Assembly: GCA_964016885.1 (NCBI GenBank)
Contig: OZ024743.1
Span: 80,848,001 to 80,912,000, forward strand
DNA: 64,000 bases
DNA from: Eledone cirrhosa
Lineage: Eukaryota
Direction: 5' to 3'
In this document: piece after piece, positions 58,664 to 64,000 of the stretch
Numbering within the stretch: position 1 is the stretch's first letter
How the letters are laid out: every line of letters begins with the position of its first letter
Program-made: the position numbers and the translations under genes
Notes under the pieces: generated by a model
Databases searched by the model: none
What the model was told of the DNA's origin: nothing
What the model saw: only the letters and a program-made list of their open reading frames with translations

Positions 58664-58989
58664 CGATTCTCAGCTAAGTATCTAGGCAATGCGTGGACAC
58701 AAGGAACTCATATAAAAAACTAATTAGTTGGAGTGAAATTTGAGTGAAATTTTAGTAAGTAAGTCAATTTTCATAATTCTCTTATTTTAAGTCTTTCATA
58801 TATATATATATATATACACTGCCGTAGTACATCTCAAACATGACAGGGTTTATAGTACAAAAAAAACCTTCCTTGATTACATCATTCTCTGTAGAGATTC
58901 TTGAATCCCTGGTAGTCACAGACCTGTTCATGTTATTCCAGCCATCCTTATTTAAATCGTTTACCATTCTTTCACATGTCTTTAATCAT

Positions 58990-59176
58990 TGGTGAATTGG
59001 CAGTATCGGTAGAGGGTTGGACGCCATGCTTTCTAGCACAGTTACGTCCCTTTACAGTCTGAGTTCAAATCCCGCCGAGGTTAACTTTGCCTTTCATCCT
59101 TACGGGGTCGATAAAATAAAGTACCAGTAATGTACTGTGTAATTTCTGGCCTTGTGCCTAAAGTAGAAACAATTAT
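58990..59176 (+). mobile_element. Full-length tRNA-derived SINE
   Basis: A-box-like tggcagtatcggtaga, B box gagttcaaatcc, same core and tail as 14970-15162. Confidence 0.9.
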
Positions 59177-60028
59177 CAGACATATATCCACTTAATTTAC
59201 CATGATTTGGTTCTATTTATCTATCTTTCTGTTTGCCTGTCGGCTTGTCTGGCTGACTCTCACCCCCTTTCTCTCTCTTTCTCTCTCTCATTTTCCTCTC
59301 TCTCTCGCTCATTCTCCTGTCTCTCCCCCTCCTTTTCTCACTCTCTTTCTCATTCCCCCTCTCCCTTTTTCTCCTCACACTCGCCCATTCTGCCTCTCTC
59401 TCTCTCACTCCCTTTCCCTCTCCCTTATTCGCCTCTCACCCTCTCTCATTCCCCCTCTCCCTTATTCTCCGCTCTCTCACTCCTCCTCCCTCTCCCTTAT
59501 TTGGCTCTCACCCTCTCTCAGACACACACTCAGGATTATATCCTCTCTATTCTAACAAGGAGAGGTTCACCAACCCATCAGGAGGTAACTGCTAACTTCT
59601 CTCATTTTCTTATTTTTTCCTTCACTAAATTTATTGTTAATAATTCTATTACGAAGTAAATCTAAAAAGATAATCTCTATTTTGTTGTTAATCAACAATG
59701 GATGTAATTGACTGAGAGAGAATTTCAAGAGGAATTACTTGGTATAAAATTACAATTCATTTCCAAATAAAATTATATATTATTTAGATAAAATTATATA
59801 TTAACTCCATAAATGTCAGTTATTCCATTTATTCTTAAATTTGATTCCGTTGAATTCTGGCTCCTTAATCTTAAATCTCTGAGATTTTCATGAAAAAAAT
59901 GAAATAACAATCAATCACACACATACACCCACATACATACATAACCTAATACACAGACACACGCACACAGACACACTCATACACACACACACATATACAT
60001 ATATATCCATACATATATATGTATATAA

Positions 60029-60122
<94 letters not shown>

Positions 60123-61355
60123 ATGTATGTATGTATGTATGTATGTATGTATGTATGTATGTATGTATGCATTATCCATCCCGCCATCTATACATACATA
60201 TATACAATCAAATATACGTACATACGTAGGTAAAGCAAATATATATGATATTTATGTATGCATGTATATATAAACATATACACACACATATTTATGTGTG
60301 TCTGTTTAAAAGTATGTGTATATATATTTGAATATTTATATATGTATGATTCATAAATATACATAGAAAGTGAGATGGATTGGAAGAGAAGAGGGCAGAG
60401 AGGTTAAGAGACAGTAAGAGATATCTATCGATAGGTAGGTAGACAGATATATAATGAGACATGCATATATATATATAGAGAGGGATATATATATATATAA
60501 GACAGACAAATAGGTAGATAGAAAGCTATATATATATATATATAGCATCGTCCCTGCATATTCACCAATATGTCAACACACACACACACATACACACATA
60601 TATATATATATATATTTATATATAGCATCGTATATATATATAGGAAAAGAGTCAGGACCCCGACGGCTGAGCTCCGGCCGTTTCGACAGCTACATCCGAG
60701 AGAGAGATAGAGAAAGATAGATGATAGATATATAGATATATAAATGCATCGATCGATACATAGATCGATGATAGATAGTTAGATGGACAGATAGATAGAT
60801 AGATCGATGATAGATAGATAGATGGACAGATAGATAGATAGATCGATACATAAACAGATAGATGGACAGATAGACAGACGGACAGACAGACAGAATGATA
60901 GACAGACATATATATATATATATAGATAGATAGATATATAGATAAGCCCAGAAGAATTCCCTGGGGGATTTCAAGACTTCAACCTTTAGACTTTGGCATT
61001 CTTCAACTAAGATTAAAATTTTCTAAATTGAGTTTGAATATTTTGACAGAATTGTCAAATCTTGAAAGAGTTGTCTTGCTTCTATTTCAGTTGCTCACAT
61101 TCAGTCTCTCACTCTCTCACTTACTCTCTCTCTCTCACTTTCACTCTCTCACTTACTCTCTCTCTCTCTCCCACTAACTCACTCTCTTTGCCCCTTACTA
61201 ACTGTCTCTCTCTCTTTCACACACACACATACATATATATATATGTATTTATAATCAAAACATTTGCTCATCTCTTTGTCTGTTTTCAACTCGCTCTCGA
61301 TATAAACATATTCACCAATATGTCAACACACACACACAGACACACACACACACAT

Positions 61356-61449
<94 letters not shown>

Positions 61450-61451
<2 letters not shown>

Positions 61452-61584
61452 GTTATTCCGGGTTGAATCGGAGGTAACCACAGTAAGTAAGGTACTCAAT
61501 ACATAGCAGAGTATAAAGGTTTTAATATAGATGAGATTCTACAGGACTAGAAGTGTTTCATTCTTCAGAAATCATCAGGAATAT
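61450..61584 (-). mobile_element. Short element with HHR (61536-61582); truncated copy at 46300-46410
   Basis: attc CTGATGA tttctgaagaat GAAA ca-cttctagtcc-tg TA gaat. Confidence 0.7.
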
Positions 61585-61589
61585 ATATT

Positions 61590-62192
61590 TATTTATAAGT
61601 ATGTATACGTACATACATATATGTATACAGACGTACAGTAGTATGTATATATATATACATACATGCGCACATATATATATATATGTACGTATGAATTCAC
61701 CGAACATTTATTATAATGCTCGGTGTGCTTGTAAACAAACATCCCGAATTAAGCCGTAGTGTCTAGCAACCATCGTTGCTCATTTGTTCAACACTGACAA
61801 AGGAACGCTGTACTAGTTTCAAGCTTATTAGCTATTGTCAGCAACGTATACCTTCCTGCCAGATGGTTGAACGTCTGAAAGTATATACTTTCCTTATGCA
61901 TATTAACGGCTGAGCAGCCTAATTTGCATATCGAGTGAGTTAATCTAGCAACGATGATTGCTAGACACTGTACGGCTTAATTCGGGATGTTTGTTTACAA
62001 ACACACCGATCATTATAATAAATGTTCGGTGAATCCATACGTACATGTATATATGTGTGCATGTATGTATATATATATATACATACTACTGTACGTCTGT
62101 ATACATATATGTATGTACGTATACATACTTATATTTAAGTAACAGCCGTACTAAGAGTGAGAAATGAAATTTCGTTTCATTTTTTCCGTTTA
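61590..62192. mobile_element. Inverted (fold-back) form of the 442 bp HHR family
   Basis: Minus arm 61590-61942 carries a mutated HHR at 61805-61847; plus arm is ~61950-62192. Confidence 0.8.
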
Positions 62193-62558
62193 TATATATA
62201 TTAAAATACAAATATTAATAAAATAGATGTTCTTTTTGATCAATTACATTTTATTATACATATTTCAGATGTACAACAGTACGACCTCATCAGACAAAAT
62301 ATAATGATACATGACATACCCTGAGATGTTAAATGGTTAAGATTTAATCAAGGTAGTGATTAACCTAAGAGAAAATTTAACATTTATACCCTAATTTTGA
62401 GAAAATGCGAAAACGTAATAAATTCAATAGAGAATGTGTGAGAAAGAAAAACGTTGCTTAATGTAACAGTTATAGAGATTTTAAAATGTATGATACTACA
62501 ATTTATCTATGAAAACATCTCATAGATCATAACAGCTAGTGATAGCCCCTGGAAAAGG

Positions 62559-62597
<39 letters not shown>

Positions 62598-62954
62598 ACA
62601 TACATATACATATATACATATATACATATATACATATATACATATATATTAAATTGAACAAAGTTGGTTGATTGAAAAGCTGACGACTTTTTCTTAACAG
62701 ATGTAAAGCACTCTACCGGATTTTATTAAAATAATAAAGAAGAAAGACGGTTTCGGACGACATTGGACATATTGTTACTGGTTGCCGAAGTCACATATCA
62801 ATGGATATTTACGTCTCGTTTGGAATTTTAGCTGAAGAGAACACGTAGGGCAGTTGTTATACATCTGCCCTACGTCTTTCAAATACGTATAACAAATAGG
62901 GATGTACAAATGAAACCGTCTTTCTTGTTTATTATTATTATTATTATTATTATT

Positions 62955-63516
62955 GTGAACGTGACCTGGGCATTACTGTCAGCAGCAATTTGTGATGGAC
63001 AAAGCACATCTTTAAAATTGCCAAGAAGGCCGAGGGTGTCTTAGCATCACTCAGCAAGACCTTTGTCAGCCGCACTCCAGCTATCTATTTAAAGCTGTAT
63101 ATAACTATGGCGCGGCCACACTTAGAATTTGCATCATCAGTCTGGAACCCCTACCTTGCTCAGAACATTGACCTTCTGGAAACTGTTCAGAGACATGCAA
63201 CCAAGTGAATACCCTCCATCAGGCATCTACCATACTTCGAATGCCTTGCTTCCTTGGGCATGTATACATTAAAGCTCCGACGGCTGGCAACTGACTTGGT
63301 AAACCCCCACAAAATTATTAACCATCTTGTCAACAACCCTGAGCACCTTTTTGAATTCTATGTGTCTAAAACGCGTGGGCATGCCCACAAAGTCAGAAAA
63401 CAGCACAGCTCCCATGACATTTGGAAACAATTTTTCACGCTCAGAGTTGCTGAAGCATGGAAAAAACTACCTCCATCAGTTGTTAGCTGTCGAGACACTG
63501 TATCCTTTAAAACCTC
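62955..63516 (+). pseudogene. CR1-clade LINE ORF2 C-terminus
   Basis: ERDLGI, LYITMARPHLEFASSVWNPY, LETVQRHATK, TLKLRRLATDL, KTRGHAHK, FFTLRVAEAWKKLP.SVV. Confidence 0.9.
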
Positions 63517-64000
63517 CATGGAACAAACTGCCTGCATCAGTTGTTAGCCGTTGAGACACTGCATGCTTTAAAACCTCCATGGAATAAACTACCTGCATCA
63601 GTTGTTAGCTGTCGAGACATTGCATCCTTTAAAACCTCCATGGAACAAACTACCTGCATCAGTTGTTAGCTATCGAAACACTGCATCCTTTAAATCCTCC
63701 ATGGAACAAACTACCTTCATCAGTTGTTAGCTGCTGAGACACTGCATCCTTTAAAACCTCGATGGAACAAACTGCCTGCATCAGTTATTAGCTGTCGAGA
63801 CACTGCATCCTTTAAAACCTCCATGGAACAAACTATCTGCATGAGTTGTTAGCTGTCGAGACACTGCATCCTTTAAAACCTCCATGGAACAAACTCCCTG
63901 CATCAGTTGTTAGCTGCTGAGACACTGCATCCTTTAAAACCTCGATGGAACAAACTGCCTGCATCAGTTATTAGCTGTCGAGACACTGCATCCTTTAAAA
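63456..64000. repeat. 61 bp tandem repeat derived from the CR1 3' end
   Basis: catggaacaaactacctgcatcagttgttagctgtcgagacactgcatcctttaaaacctc, about 9 units, running off the window. Confidence 0.95.

Larger units (their letters stand above)
57884..58800 (-). mobile_element. Retrozyme-like element: 528 bp period, two intact HHRs, inverted end, in (TA)n
   Basis: 57886-58190 is repeated at 58414-58718; 58717-58800 is an inverted copy; no ORF. Confidence 0.85.

Overview
AT-rich, microsatellite-saturated animal DNA with no confidently identifiable host gene. Octopus or another cephalopod is inferred from the SINE family and repeat landscape. Almost all ORF-track entries are translations of (TA)n, (CA)n, (GA)n or (GTT)n. 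The real content is mobile DNA: decayed Penelope-like elements (PLEs; RT + GIY-YIG), RTE, CR1 and R4-like LINE fragments, a Tc1/mariner relic, many tRNA-derived SINEs, and minisatellites born inside retroelements. The most striking signal is a dense set of about 20 type-I hammerhead ribozyme (HHR) motifs in many unrelated non-coding mini-elements, nearly all inserted in (TA)n tracts. These elements show fold-back (inverted) ends and, in four cases, a 440-580 bp terminal redundancy, as expected for reverse-transcribed circular or multimeric RNAs (retrozyme-like satellites of PLEs). All calls were made by eye, and boundaries are approximate unless stated.
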